Shown one piece after another: positions 20,381-31,734 of a DNA stretch of 64,000 nt. This DNA comes from Psammoneis japonica (Eukaryota). The stretch covers positions 248,001-312,000 of the forward strand of contig QPGO01000049.1 in the NCBI GenBank assembly GCA_008632985.1, in the 5' to 3' direction. A program made the translations under genes and the position numbers. The notes beneath the pieces are model-generated. The model was not told the origin of the DNA. It saw nothing but the letters and a program-made list of their open reading frames with translations, and did no database searches. Position 1 is the first letter of the stretch; the number at the start of each line of letters is the position of its first letter.

Positions 20381-21921
20381 TCAAGCATCAAGATTGAGCA
20401 GAGCGTGCTCGTATCGAGATGGAAGGTGATCATTCAGTTTGTCAGGGTGCAAGAACCAACCGCTTTTTGCCAATTTCACCGAGTCGCAAAGTTTGACATT
20501 GTAGCTACCACCCTCTCCTTCCCACAACCAAACATTGGTCCACACAGGCAACAGCATGACGGGAACTCCAGGTAGAGGCACAAGTGGGTTATGAATAGTA
20601 TCCATGACTTGCCGGACCAGCTCCGGACTCGGGTCCCAAACACCCACTCGTGTCATAACCCTCCCCCAAAGTCCCATCTTGCCGAGTTCCTGCTCCACGT
20701 GGCTAATGGCGGCGATACGGTGCCGAACGGAATCTCCCGACATGAACGGAACCTCGTCATTCTGGTGAATATAATTGACAGCTGTCTTGATGGTCCCATC
20801 TGGAAAAGTCACTGTGCTTGTAGAAGTTGCAAAGACCGGAGGTGCCGCAAAGGCAAAGGCCCGGAAAGCCCTGTTCTTGAAACGAGAATCATTGTGGAGA
20901 AGTAGATTGATGCAAAGAGTTGCACCTCCGCCCAAAGAATGACCCGTGACGATCAATTCATAGCCTTGGTTCTCGTCCATGGTTTCGACGACAGATTCTC
21001 CTACTCTGGCAAAGAGGCGCTCGGAAAGAATGGAGATGTATGCGTGAGATTCTCCTCCCAGAAAGGGTCCTACGGTATTGAAGCAGGCAAACATTAGGAT
21101 AATGAGAAATCGCATCCCAAAAATAATGAAAAAAAGAATGACAGAATGCCCTTACGAGAATAGCCAGCAAAATCAATGGCAATTTCCGAATGCGTCATGG
21201 TCCCACGAATCGCTAGTACAATTTTCTGATGGGCGTGGTCAACCACCAAGAAGCTTCGCAAATGAGTAGGATCATCTGAGTAGTGCGCATCAAAGAGAAC
21301 AACGTCCGACACGGGAACTCCCACGTGCCCGGCAATGTTGGTTTGGGTCCAATTGCCTGCATAGAGGCTCGAAAAACTATCCGTAGCTTTCGTCTTGGCG
21401 GTGTCAATTTTGGTGCCCACAATAACGGCATCACCATAGGCAGCCACGGCATACTTGACGTATCGTTTCGCTTCTTCCATGGAAAACAGTTTGTCAAGAG
21501 TTTCCATGGTTCGTCCCTCCTTGGTATCCAGCACTGCATCACGTCGATCTTTGGTTCCCATGTCTAATCGTTGGATTCGACCCACAATCTCTTGATTGCT
21601 GGCGAAACGAGCATTCAAAATCGGCTTGATTTCCTTTTCATAAATGCCAGACGTTTCCAGGTACGAAAACAAACTTTGGTAGGCATCCTTAATGTGCGGC
21701 ATGATGGAAGGATTCGACACGACACTTGTCGTCATGCTGTGAAAAGCGCCCGTCCAAAAGAAAAATCGCCCAACGAGCTCACGAGCATAATTTTCGTTGG
21801 GAGTGCCACGCAACAACAGACGCGACCAGTCTGCATCAATGTCTGTGGTCTTTTGAGACAAGAACCAAGCGACAGCCACGGCAATCAGCGCCACCAGGAC
21901 ACTCTTTTGGAACTTAATCAT
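20381..21921 (-). CDS. Class 3 lipase with signal peptide or anchor (exons 21921-21156 and 21069-20381)
   Basis: KIVLAIRGT lid motif and TGHSLGGG nucleophile elbow; 86-bp GTAAG...TAG intron 21155-21070 joins the two ORFs in frame (YSR-PFLGGESH). Confidence 0.92.
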
Positions 21922-21969
21922 TGACAACGAGTATTCGAATATTCGACGCGTGTATGTAGTCGTAGTTCG

Positions 21970-22235
21970 AGTTGGCCAGACTACAGTACTGTGTTTGTTT
22001 GTGTTGATTGCTTCTGCGTGTTTGCAACTGATGCTCTTGTTTTTCGGCGCAACAAAAAAAAGCAGCTTCTGCTGTGCTGTGCATTCAACAACAACTCTTT
22101 AACAGCTTTGTCGACACTCTCAACTCAGTCATATCAGACAGGTGGTGCCGACCCTGTGTTTCAAAAAGAAAGAATCTTTTTTTGATTTGTTGGTTGGCGT
22201 GCTGGCGTGCTGGCACCACCGGGACCCGGAAATGT
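21970..22235 (+). repeat. About 270-bp dispersed repeat, copy 1
   Basis: agcagcttctgctgtgctgtgca...gacaggtggtgccga...aaaagaaagaatctttttt...gggacccggaaa shared with 25787-26095. Confidence 0.85.
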
Positions 22236-22532
22236 ATCTTTTCTGAAAAGCACCGCACCCTGCTGAATGCTGTGTTCTACGTATGAATACGGTACGCACT
22301 GGGTTCTATCTGGGCACACTCCCGGCTTTTAGAATTTTACGTGTTACGTAGAAATCGCGTAGAAAAATTAGCTGGCCAGACTGAAAAGTGCAACGCTCCG
22401 TGGGAGTGAGGCCTGGGCAGGTTCTGGGTTCTTGATTCTTGAGTTCTGTGTTGCCGGCATTTTTCTCGCTGATGCTCATGCTCAATCAAACCATCAAACT
22501 GCTCAATCTCGTGAGCAGTTCCCATCAGCACC

Positions 22533-23621
22533 ATGGATGCCTTGGAAAGGATTGCCAATGAGCAGCAGCAGCGTCGAGATGCCGCAGAGCAAGTTCTCAA
22601 GAACCAAGCATGGGGACCACGAGAATTGAAGGGTTGCTTCGCTTCTTCAGTGGACACAGACGATGATCCACAAACAAAGAAACTCAAGGAGAAAAGAGCC
22701 GTGCACCTGTTTCCACTGGAACAGTGCAATGGCATGTGGGAAGTTGTTCCCCCATCAAAAGCCATGGACTGCTTGTACGAGAATCCACCACCGGATGGAG
22801 CTGACTTGTCGACAGACGCCATGTCAGCTCGAGAGGCTTACGATGACGCGATCCCATTCGAGCGAGGAAGCGACGAGTGGTGCTTTGTCATTCTTCTCAA
22901 TTACAAAGCTTTTTTAGAAGTGCACAATGACGACAATCCATTGTTGAGCCTTCTGAGGTCAGACCAAGGACCCCGAGATGCATGCATTGAGAATGGAATG
23001 GTGTGCGCCGAATGTCTCAAACCAGGCACAGAATGTCACTCGCACAGCCTCTTGCAATGTTCCAAGTGTCGGGTCGTTCGCCATTGCTCACGAGACTGCC
23101 AGGCCAAAAACTGGGCCACACACAAGAAACGCTGTCGTCGCGACCGGAATCGTCTGGTGGGAGAGGAGTCAGAGAGAGACACTCGGCTTCTGTGGTGCAA
23201 TGAAACAAAGCCAGTCACTGATTTCATAAAGCGCCATGTGTTTCCCGACTGCGGAACCATGATGGTCAACAATGTGTTTGTCAGCAGTGGCATTGACTGC
23301 TCGCGAGAAATGCACAAACGCTTCCACGAAGTTTGCGAGCATGTGGGCACAAACACGTGCAAAGTCTGCGGCCGAGAGCTCGGCGAGTGTCTCAATGACA
23401 TTGGAGGGATGAATGCCATAAAACAGGGACAAAGACTGATTCAACAAGTCACACAGTCATTCACGCCGGATGGCATTGGTTCAGCCCCCCTTGCGGAAAT
23501 GCTGGCGATGAACTTGCTGTCGAGTTCGTGGGATGGGGTTGGAGAATGGTGTGGCCAAATTTGCGTGACGGGTTGCAGGCTTGAGATGTCGCAGAAAACT
23601 GTGTTCTATTTTCATTTGTAA
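22533..23621 (+). CDS. MYND zinc-finger protein, partly TpA-converted and possibly inactivated
   Basis: CAEC...LLQCSKCRVVRHCSRDCQAKNWATHKKRC; the usual Y of YCSxxCQ is H. ORF still open. Confidence 0.7.
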   Translation: MDALERIANEQQQRRDAAEQVLKNQAWGPRELKGCFASSVDTDDDPQTKKLKEKRAVHLFPLEQCNGMWEVVPPSKAMDCLYENPPPDGADLSTDAMSAREAYDDAIPFERGSDEWCFVILLNYKAFLEVHNDDNPLLSLLRSDQGPRDACIENGMVCAECLKPGTECHSHSLLQCSKCRVVRHCSRDCQAKNWATHKKRCRRDRNRLVGEESERDTRLLWCNETKPVTDFIKRHVFPDCGTMMVNNVFVSSGIDCSREMHKRFHEVCEHVGTNTCKVCGRELGECLNDIGGMNAIKQGQRLIQQVTQSFTPDGIGSAPLAEMLAMNLLSSSWDGVGEWCGQICVTGCRLEMSQKTVFYFHL

Positions 23622-24776
23622 ATGAGGTGCTCTCCAGAAATGTACGGACTTGTCTGAGATGGGGCAACTTTCGTTGTTGTGACTAGTGATCTCGCGCACG
23701 TGTGCGCGGTCATTAGACTGTGTAGGCGTGTGTGCGTGTGTGAGGTGTAAGTAGAAATACGTAGAATTACTATTGAGTGAGTTGACAGGCGGTGAATTTT
23801 CACCGGTACACAATCTACGGGCTCTACAACGAAGATAAATTTATGTGTGTTCCTGAAGCTTTTAAATATCATTGAATTTTCTCATGCCTTTTATTTATAC
23901 ATATACCAATTCAAAAGTCTGACAGAACACCCCGAAAGAACTCTGGAATCTGTATAAAAAAAATTTGTTTAACGGTCCGAACAAGGTTGTCGCGAAGCGC
24001 TTCTCAAAATGTCTTCCGATTGAATATAGTAAAATATCTACTATTGGCAAAACAGAGTCACTATGGGCAAAATAGATCCCCGTCTTTCGCGCGCAATAAC
24101 AGCGGCACGATAACGCACAACAACACCATGGCGAGCAACGCAAACGCCGTTCACTTGTCTACCAGCTGGTATTTCCAGATACCGTAAGATCAAAGCTACT
24201 GGACAATATTTATGTGCTGTGTTCCTGGGTCAAGTTGGGTTTCTTCTCGTTGCTTGTTGTCATGTCACGTTACAACGTTGACCCATGCCGTGTTTTTTGC
24301 TTTGTTGCTTCTGCTCGATCGCGCGCCACCGAACAGCTTTTCCTGCAGGGTGTGGCTAGTTGCTCATCACATCGAACCCAAACGTGCGCGACCAACTAGC
24401 CCTGCCCCGGATGACTCATGGCTAACTCATTGTCGCGTGCAGCATGCTGTGAGAACCCAAAAAACAAAGACAGCAGTTTGTTTCTCGTTGTCGATGGATT
24501 CCTTGTGGAGTCTCGTCCCAAGCGAGTGAGTGAGAAATGACAAGAATGTGGTAAATGACCCAGCCAAGCTTGGCCATTGGAGCTTGTCCTCATGGCCAGC
24601 TTCTTTGCCGAAAGAGCCTGCGTCGCTGAATTTCCGTTCATGCAGATTCAGCACCACTCGCCTGCGATGAGCAAGCAAACAGCACTTTGGCGCAATTTTT
24701 GGTGGGTCCGTCACCCATGGACCAAAAGCGGCAGGTCGAGAAAACACCACCACTTCCCATCCACAAATTGAGCACC

Positions 24777-25670
24777 ATGAGCGGATTCAACGCAAATGCA
24801 GCAGAGTGGAAGCCATTGGTGGCTGCAGTGGAGAATGGACTCCTGCAGGAATGACAGCGCCAGTGCCACCTCCAGCTCTCCTGCTTGTTCTGAATCACAA
24901 GAGTCAGCCATGTTGACAAGTCAGATCCTCTGTGGAAAGTTTGTCTCAGGATTGCAGAAAAAGACCATGAAAAAGCACTCAAAACAAGTGCTGATCCCAG
25001 TTCTTTGATGATGCAACATCCAGAGGTGGAGGCCTTGTTGGAATCTTCTGAAGTGATGGATGCAGAAGATGATGAAGCAGCAGGGGAATTGGCAGAGGAA
25101 ATGCAGGAGAAAATGGCTGCAGAAGAAACACCAGCAGAAAAAAGAAGCCAGCGTTGGCACTGGCAGCACCAAAGCAGGCACTTTCAGAAGAAATCCCAAC
25201 AGAAGAACTCAAGAAGGAGGTCCTCACAAACACTTGAATTTCCTCTTTGTTGGTCATGTTGAGGCTGGAAAGTCAACTCTGCCCTCGGGCAACATTCTCC
25301 ACACCTTGAAGATGATGTGGACAAGCACGCACTTGAGAAACTCAAATGTGAAACCAAGATCTTGAGTCACAAGCCTTGGCTCTTTTGACCTTCATCATGG
25401 ATGTGAACAAGGAGGAGTGTGCCAAGGGAAAGACAGTTGAGGTGTGTGGGTTGTGCTCACTTTTAAACCGATGCCAAACACCGCACGATTCTGGACACTC
25501 CTGGCCACAAGAGAGTCATGTTCCAAACATGACCATGGGTGTGCCAGTCAGGCTAATGTTGGTGTCCTGGTCATTTCTACACAAAAGGGTGAATTTGGGG
25601 CTGGATTTGACCATGGTTTCCAAACTGGAGAATGTGCCACATGCTCGTCAAGACCTTGGTTGTGTCTGAC
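24777..25670 (+). pseudogene. eRF3: eRF3 (Sup35/GSPT) pseudogene, 5' half
   Basis: MSGFNANAAEWKP PAM2-like start, HLNFLFVGHVEAGKSTL, FIMDVNKEECAKGKTVEV, HVPNM, ASQANVGVLVISTQKGEFGAGF, spread over several frames. Confidence 0.88.
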
Positions 25671-25786
25671 CCTGGACAAAGGGACAGCGACAGAGCAGTC
25701 AGTGCGACCAGGATGTTCTTTTCTTGGAACTTGGTCATTGACAAGAAAGAGAGTGTTCATGTGTTTCAAGGCATGGTCGCAGTTGC

Positions 25787-26095
25787 AATTGGCCAGACGG
25801 GTGTGTTTGTGTCAGTCACTTCTGCTGGTGCGTGTTTGCTGCTGACGCACTTGTTTTTTGGCGCAACAATGAAGAGCAGCTTCTGCTGTGCTGTGCACTC
25901 AACAACAACTCTCCAACAGCTTTGTGGTCACTCTCCTCAACTCATCATTCTTCCTCTCTGACAGGTGGTGCCGAACCTGTGTTTGGAAAAGAAAGAATCT
26001 TTTTTCATTTTTCTGACCGCTGCCGACCGCGGCGCATCGGCATCCTTTTTTGTTCGTTGGTTCGCGTGCTGGCACCCCTGCTGGGACCCGGAAAG
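25787..26095 (+). repeat. About 270-bp dispersed repeat, copy 2
   Basis: Direct match to 21970-22235. Confidence 0.85.
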
Positions 26096-26315
26096 GATGA
26101 AATGCCGGCGGTGCGTCAGGTCCGTCGTTTTTTCATTATTGGGCGCTTCTGCTTTTCCATCCTCTAGAGTAGTGAGTATGATAAGTCATATCTATCATAC
26201 CAGTGTCAGCCAGCACTGAAGACTGCCAAAGAGAAATGGTGGGAGATGGAGCAACAACTCTCTTGTAGTTTGAAAGGAAGTAATTTATAGACGATAGGAG
26301 CCAGGCAGTTAAAAT

Positions 26316-29300
26316 ATGGGAAGGCCGAGACTTCATTTTGAGCACTTGAAACTTTGTGAGCGCAAAGAAGAATTGAAAATTTTAAACTCAGCGTTGGATC
26401 GACTCGTCACAACCGCCGAGGAGCATTCTGGAGTTCCCATTGTTTTGTTGGAGGGACCAGCAGGGAGCGGGAAATCGTTTCTAGTAGATACAGCGTTCTC
26501 TCAACAAGAAAATGCTGTGTTTGTTCAGGGCAAATTCGAACAAGGACAAGCCAACGTGGAACCCTTTGCGGCGATTGCCCAAGCGCTCGATCAACTTGCG
26601 GCCCATCTTTTAAGAAGCAATGATCGTGACGAATGGAAAGTTCGTATCGAGCAGGCCTTTGAGCTTTTTGAAGTTCCTCAAATTCCTTCTTCTTTAATGC
26701 CGCGTCTCTCCGACCTCATGGAAAAAGCTAGCAGCGACGCACAAGGCGTGGTTTTTGAAGAGACGAATAGTGACGGGAATGACGGTGGTGATTATGCGAG
26801 GCGTGATTGGGGCTTTGAACGATTGAAGTTGTCGTTTCGAGCCTTCTTACACACGGTTTCTTCTCGCATTCCCATAATTCTCTTCCTTGATGATTTGCAA
26901 TGGGCAAGTGAGAATGCCCTTGAGGTTATACAGGACTTTGTGAAGTCAGCCAAATCACCGACACGATTCATGTTGGTTGCTACTCGTCGGCCGGTGGATG
27001 TGCCACACATTGTGCTGGATTTTGAACGGCAGCTGAAAACTGAGACTCCCGGTAATAGTTATCGCCACATTCGAATCCAGGATTTGTCACTTGAGGCTGT
27101 CGGTGAACTTCTCAATACGTTGCTTCGCAAAGAGGCTGCGGGTGTTGAGGCACTTGCTGAAGTCGTTCATCGCAAGACTGGCGGGAATGCGTTTTTTGTT
27201 GTGCAGTTTATTCGTTTGTTGGAGGAAAAAAACCTTGTATATTATTCAACAACAACGTTTGGTTGGGAGTGGAAGTTGGATTCGATTCGGCAAGAAACTG
27301 ATATCTTCTCCGACAATGTCGTTGATATGATTGCAAATAAGATTCGACAAGCCCCGGAAGACTTGCAATCGGTTCTGATGACTGCTGCCTGTTTCGGGTT
27401 TTCTCATTTTGATGCTCGTTTGGTCTTTAATATCATGGACGAGTTACTTGACTCCGACGGACAACTACAGCACCATCGCCATCAGCTTCCCACCGACGAC
27501 ACAGGTCGTCACAATATTCTACTTCCAGCTGTAGAAGAAGGCATTTTGGATCATCTGGTTGATCTCGAGTACAAATTCGCCCACGACCGCATCCGTGATG
27601 GTGCGTTGTCGCTGCTTCCTGAAGGCGTAGGAAGAGCGCGATACCAACTTTATATCGGTCAAAGGCTCAAAGCGTTCTTACTTGAAGAGTCGGCTACAGG
27701 TGGTAAAAAGGCACTACCGCTTTCGACCCTCAAAGTGGATGGCCAATCTACTATCCTGCTTCTGGCAGTTTCACAGCTCAACGCGGGCATGAATTTTATA
27801 TCAGATCCTTCCGAGAGGGTGGAACTGGCTGAGATGAATTACCAAGCCGCACGTGTAGCTGTGAAGTCATCTTCCTTCTTCCCGGCGGCCGACTTTCTAG
27901 GCAAAAGTGTATATTTGCTTGGGGATTCATCGTGGCAGACCCACTATAAACTTATGATGAAAGTCTCAACTTTGCGCCTCAGGATGGAATACTGTTGCGG
28001 GCGCCTCGATAAAAGCGTCGCGGTGGCCCATGAAGTGTTGAAGAAAGCAAAGAGCTTTCGAGACAAGAATATGGCCTACCAATCAATTGTGTTGTGCCAG
28101 ATTCAGGAAGGCAAACCAGATAGTGCTTTTCATACTCTGTTTGCGGTGCTAAAGGAGTTGAATGCTGCCTTGCCGAGAAAGTTTCTGCCCTATCATATTG
28201 TACGAACGATGCTGCGCACCAAGTCGAAGATAAGCAACATGACAGATGATGATATTTTAGTCTTGGATCGAGCAACAGATGAGACGGTTGACTATCAAAT
28301 GGGTTTCCTTGAACGACTGCTCGAGCTGTGCTTTTTCCACAATCAAGATCTCATCCCGTTGGTAATCTTGCGAATGATTGGGACGACGCTGGAGAAGGGT
28401 CACAACGTACTGTCAGCGAGGTCGTTAGCATGTTATGGCTGGTTTCTTGCTCGAATGGGAAACTATGATGAGGCAAATCGGTTTGCAAAGCTTGCCATAA
28501 AGATGGTGGAAGACCTAGAGAACGACCATCCTGACCAACGAGCTGTGATCATTTGCAATCATTTTGTGTTTCACTGGAGGCGTTCATATCAGGATGCTTT
28601 GGAGCCTTTGCTTCGTGTCAACAAGAACTTTTGGGATAACGGAATGATCGAATACGTTTTGATGGATACTATTGCTTATTTCTATGGATACTTTTGTTCG
28701 GGACTCCAGCTAGCTCCCTTAGAGAAGGATTCGCGCAAGTACTTCAATTTGCTGCGAGAATTCAAACAAGGGACTCATCTGGACCATAACGGTCAGTTCT
28801 TTCAGGCCATTTCTAACCTTATTGGAAAATCCGAATGCACAACGCTGCTCACTGGTGAATTCATGGACGAAGCTGTTTGTCAGAAACGCTGGACAGCCGA
28901 GAAGAATGCTTCTGCACTTCATCACATGCACTTCTATTCCATGATGCTCGGTTTGTTCTTTAGCGAATTCGACATGGCTCGGAAAGCCGCCGACAAATTG
29001 CTGCCGATGTCGGAGGAACCCGGTGATGAGCGAATAACGTTGCGGTTTTTCTTTGAAGGTATGATTGCTCTCATCATCCTGCAATCTGCACAGTCCCACA
29101 GGGAGCGAAAAGCGGCTCGGCGCAAGGGTCGTCGCATGTTGAGGCTGTTTAAGGGTTGGGTCAAAGATGGCGCCCCCAACGCCTACCCTATGCTCAAGTT
29201 GCTTCAAGCAGAAAAATGGGCTTCTTCCAAAAGAGTACCTTTTGATGATGTCCTGGCAGGCTTTGACTCGGCAGTCACCGCCGCCGCAAAAATTGGAATG

Positions 29301-29588
29301 CTCCACATCCGAGCACTCGCCAATGAACGAGCTGGAAACTTTTGCCTGCCGAGAGACCATGAATGGGCTCGAACTTACTTGACACGGGCCAGAGATGTCT
29401 ACAGAGACTGGGGTGCGCTCGCCAAGGTCCGACAAATGGAAAAACAATACGCTGAAAACCTTGACATTTCTGAGATTCCAAATGAGGCCAACAGTTCTCT
29501 CCGAGGCCAGGCCAGACTGTCCATTGTGTTGACCGATTCGCGACACAAAAACCTGGGAAAACTGCAGCCATCGACTGGCGATGCTTGA
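26316..29588 (+). CDS. STAND/AAA_16-type P-loop ATPase with helical repeat region, related to the core of bacterial kinase-AAA-GAF sensor proteins
   Basis: GPAGSGKS Walker A, LFLDDLQWA Walker B, KTGGNAFFV, YKFAHDRI, ALANERAG, YRDWGALAKV; 1090 aa, intact. Confidence 0.88.
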   Translation: MGRPRLHFEHLKLCERKEELKILNSALDRLVTTAEEHSGVPIVLLEGPAGSGKSFLVDTAFSQQENAVFVQGKFEQGQANVEPFAAIAQALDQLAAHLLRSNDRDEWKVRIEQAFELFEVPQIPSSLMPRLSDLMEKASSDAQGVVFEETNSDGNDGGDYARRDWGFERLKLSFRAFLHTVSSRIPIILFLDDLQWASENALEVIQDFVKSAKSPTRFMLVATRRPVDVPHIVLDFERQLKTETPGNSYRHIRIQDLSLEAVGELLNTLLRKEAAGVEALAEVVHRKTGGNAFFVVQFIRLLEEKNLVYYSTTTFGWEWKLDSIRQETDIFSDNVVDMIANKIRQAPEDLQSVLMTAACFGFSHFDARLVFNIMDELLDSDGQLQHHRHQLPTDDTGRHNILLPAVEEGILDHLVDLEYKFAHDRIRDGALSLLPEGVGRARYQLYIGQRLKAFLLEESATGGKKALPLSTLKVDGQSTILLLAVSQLNAGMNFISDPSERVELAEMNYQAARVAVKSSSFFPAADFLGKSVYLLGDSSWQTHYKLMMKVSTLRLRMEYCCGRLDKSVAVAHEVLKKAKSFRDKNMAYQSIVLCQIQEGKPDSAFHTLFAVLKELNAALPRKFLPYHIVRTMLRTKSKISNMTDDDILVLDRATDETVDYQMGFLERLLELCFFHNQDLIPLVILRMIGTTLEKGHNVLSARSLACYGWFLARMGNYDEANRFAKLAIKMVEDLENDHPDQRAVIICNHFVFHWRRSYQDALEPLLRVNKNFWDNGMIEYVLMDTIAYFYGYFCSGLQLAPLEKDSRKYFNLLREFKQGTHLDHNGQFFQAISNLIGKSECTTLLTGEFMDEAVCQKRWTAEKNASALHHMHFYSMMLGLFFSEFDMARKAADKLLPMSEEPGDERITLRFFFEGMIALIILQSAQSHRERKAARRKGRRMLRLFKGWVKDGAPNAYPMLKLLQAEKWASSKRVPFDDVLAGFDSAVTAAAKIGMLHIRALANERAGNFCLPRDHEWARTYLTRARDVYRDWGALAKVRQMEKQYAENLDISEIPNEANSSLRGQARLSIVLTDSRHKNLGKLQPSTGDA

Positions 29589-30105
29589 CATGATGCATGA
29601 ACACGGTATATTGTAGGCAGGTGATCCCTTGAAGCAAGTTGAATTACAGTACCGTAGCTACCGTGTGCTGATTGCTGGTAATAGATGGTTGACGAGTTTG
29701 ACGTTACAGCTGCTTGTTTGTGCTGAAACCTTGGCATTCGATCCCACCATCCATCGGTCAGACCCTCGATTGTGCCCCCACGGCAGAGAGGAGTGTGTCC
29801 CTTGCATCGATTTGCCGCGCATTGCCCTATCTCCTGTATTGCCACTATCACGGCTGCGTGGAGTTCCCACAGCACGTCGAGAAGGGGATTGAATGGTTTC
29901 CTGCTGCGCTGACCAGGCTTTTCAGTGTCGAGCACATTGGAAGAATACTTGTAGAGTAAAGGGAATCTTTAAGATGTGTTATTATAAAAGCTACGAATTC
30001 CTATTTGGTGATTCATTTGACACGCATTACGAAAAGCATGTAATGTTCCCCCGGTAGTTCAGCATGTGAGTGGCACTCCTTTATCCATGCATAAATCATG
30101 CTCAA

Positions 30106-30930
30106 TTCCCCAGCGAATTTGAGCTCCCGCATTTTTTACGAAGTCATTGGTGCACATGATTCCTTTTCTTCTTTCGTTAGGTCGCTGTGACATTCCATGT
30201 GGCAAACACTGTTCTGTCTGCCCTTGACACCGCCAGTTCCTCTAGCACTTGCAAGGCCAACGTGGTCTCTGCCCTTTGCATGGATGTCACACGCACCACG
30301 CGAGTTGCTTGTGTTGTTGCAGATGCGGCAGTGATCGCCAATCTTTCCAGCAAATTCTTCAGTGACAGCAAGGTGAAAAAGTTCAGTGTCAGTCTGGCTG
30401 AGGTGCTGAACCTTGCAAAGAAGGGAGCTGCATGCAAGCGGGAAAAGGCCAACATCCGTGCAGTGTCCATTTTGAATTGCCCATCGAATCTGAGCTCCGG
30501 CATTTTGTTTGTGGTCATTGGTGCACATGGATGCTTTCTCTGAAGCTGCAAGATGGTCAAGTCTGGCCATCCAGCATCCAGCATTCCATCCACTTTTGAC
30601 ACAGCTGGCTCTGCCCCCATCTGTGGTGGGGGCAACTCCATCTGCAACAAAGTCACCATTTCCACTGCATCAAGACGTGGCCTGGCTTTTGTGCGGCAAT
30701 CACAGGAACCTGGCTTGCCCATGTCATCATGCACACAGCAGCATTTGCCAGTCCTCTTGTCATTGCTTGGAAGGTTGCACAGTTTGGCATCAGTGAGACT
30801 GAGCAAGCATGGCTTGCAGCATGCCCAGCACAATTTCCCCAGCTTGCATGCTGGCAAATTTGCAAGAACTCGTGAATCTGCAGAACAGCATGAAAACAGA
30901 AAGTTCAACATGAGGCCTTCTCTGTGAATT
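30106..30930 (-). pseudogene. Degenerate unidentified coding sequence with an internal repeat
   Basis: About 65-bp repeat at 30106-30170 and 30475-30540 (NAGAQIRW peptide twice on the minus strand); TpA-depleted; broken frames. Confidence 0.35.
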
Positions 30931-31281
30931 CATGCCCACATGTGACTTGCCAATGTCGTTCTCTTCCAAAGGCACACGGCTGTGGCTGGGAAGGTGGGTG
31001 GATCTTTTGCTGATCAAAGTGCTGAGCACCAAAACGCCATGGGCTGCACTCTTGAATCTCATTTTTCATTTTCCATTTTGAAGTGGGAGCTCTTTGCAGC
31101 TGTCACAAACAAGGCTGTGTGGTCTGCAGAGAGCCATTCCCAGGGTGGGATCAAGTGTCGCATTTTGTGCACAAAGCATGTTTCACCTCTGCGTGTCACA
31201 TCATTCCCACTGGCACAAAGCACGAAAAAAGCTTTGAGCCCGACACATGTGCGACGATTGGCTTTGCAAAAGAAATTCTCT

Positions 31282-31734
31282 TGCAGCATGCATGCAGACA
31301 AAAGGTTATTTTGTCACGCCCTTTGTGACATTTAAAGGCTGCAACACGTCGCCGTGACACATTAACTCTTGTTGGCAGCTGTGTGTTGCACTCCTCCCCA
31401 TGCATCACGCGTCCATGCGGCTCTTTGCTAACGTGTGCTGACACTGCACGGTTTTGGCGGAACAGTGTGGGTACGTACGAAGGAACACACCGGTACAGAA
31501 CTGCACCGAGTTTTACGCGTTCGACAGTGATCAACGTTGCTGCAGACAACTCCCACTCGGGTTTCGAACCCCTGGCCTCCTGCCCAGTGGTTACGATGTA
31601 CCACTCCGCTGTGAATTCACAATGCAGCATGCATGCAGACAAAAGGTTATTTTGTCACGCCCTTTGTGACATTTAAAGGCTGTAACACGTCGCCGTGACA
31701 CATTGACTCTTGTTGGCAGCTGTGTGTTGCACTC
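31282..31734. repeat. Two 112-bp direct repeats (31282-31393, 31623-31734) flanking a 229-bp core
   Basis: Identical except 31342 C / 31683 T and 31364 A / 31705 G. Confidence 0.92.
31549..31620 (-). promoter_or_regulatory. tRNA-like internal Pol III promoter (A and B boxes), SINE-head-like
   Basis: Minus strand CAGCGGAGTGGTA (A box, 31611-31599) and GGTTCGAAACCC (B box, 31570-31559) at tRNA-like spacing; the cloverleaf does not close. Confidence 0.6.

Noticed and set aside
31549..31620. Functional tRNA gene
   Set aside because: A and B boxes are present but acceptor and T stems do not pair properly.
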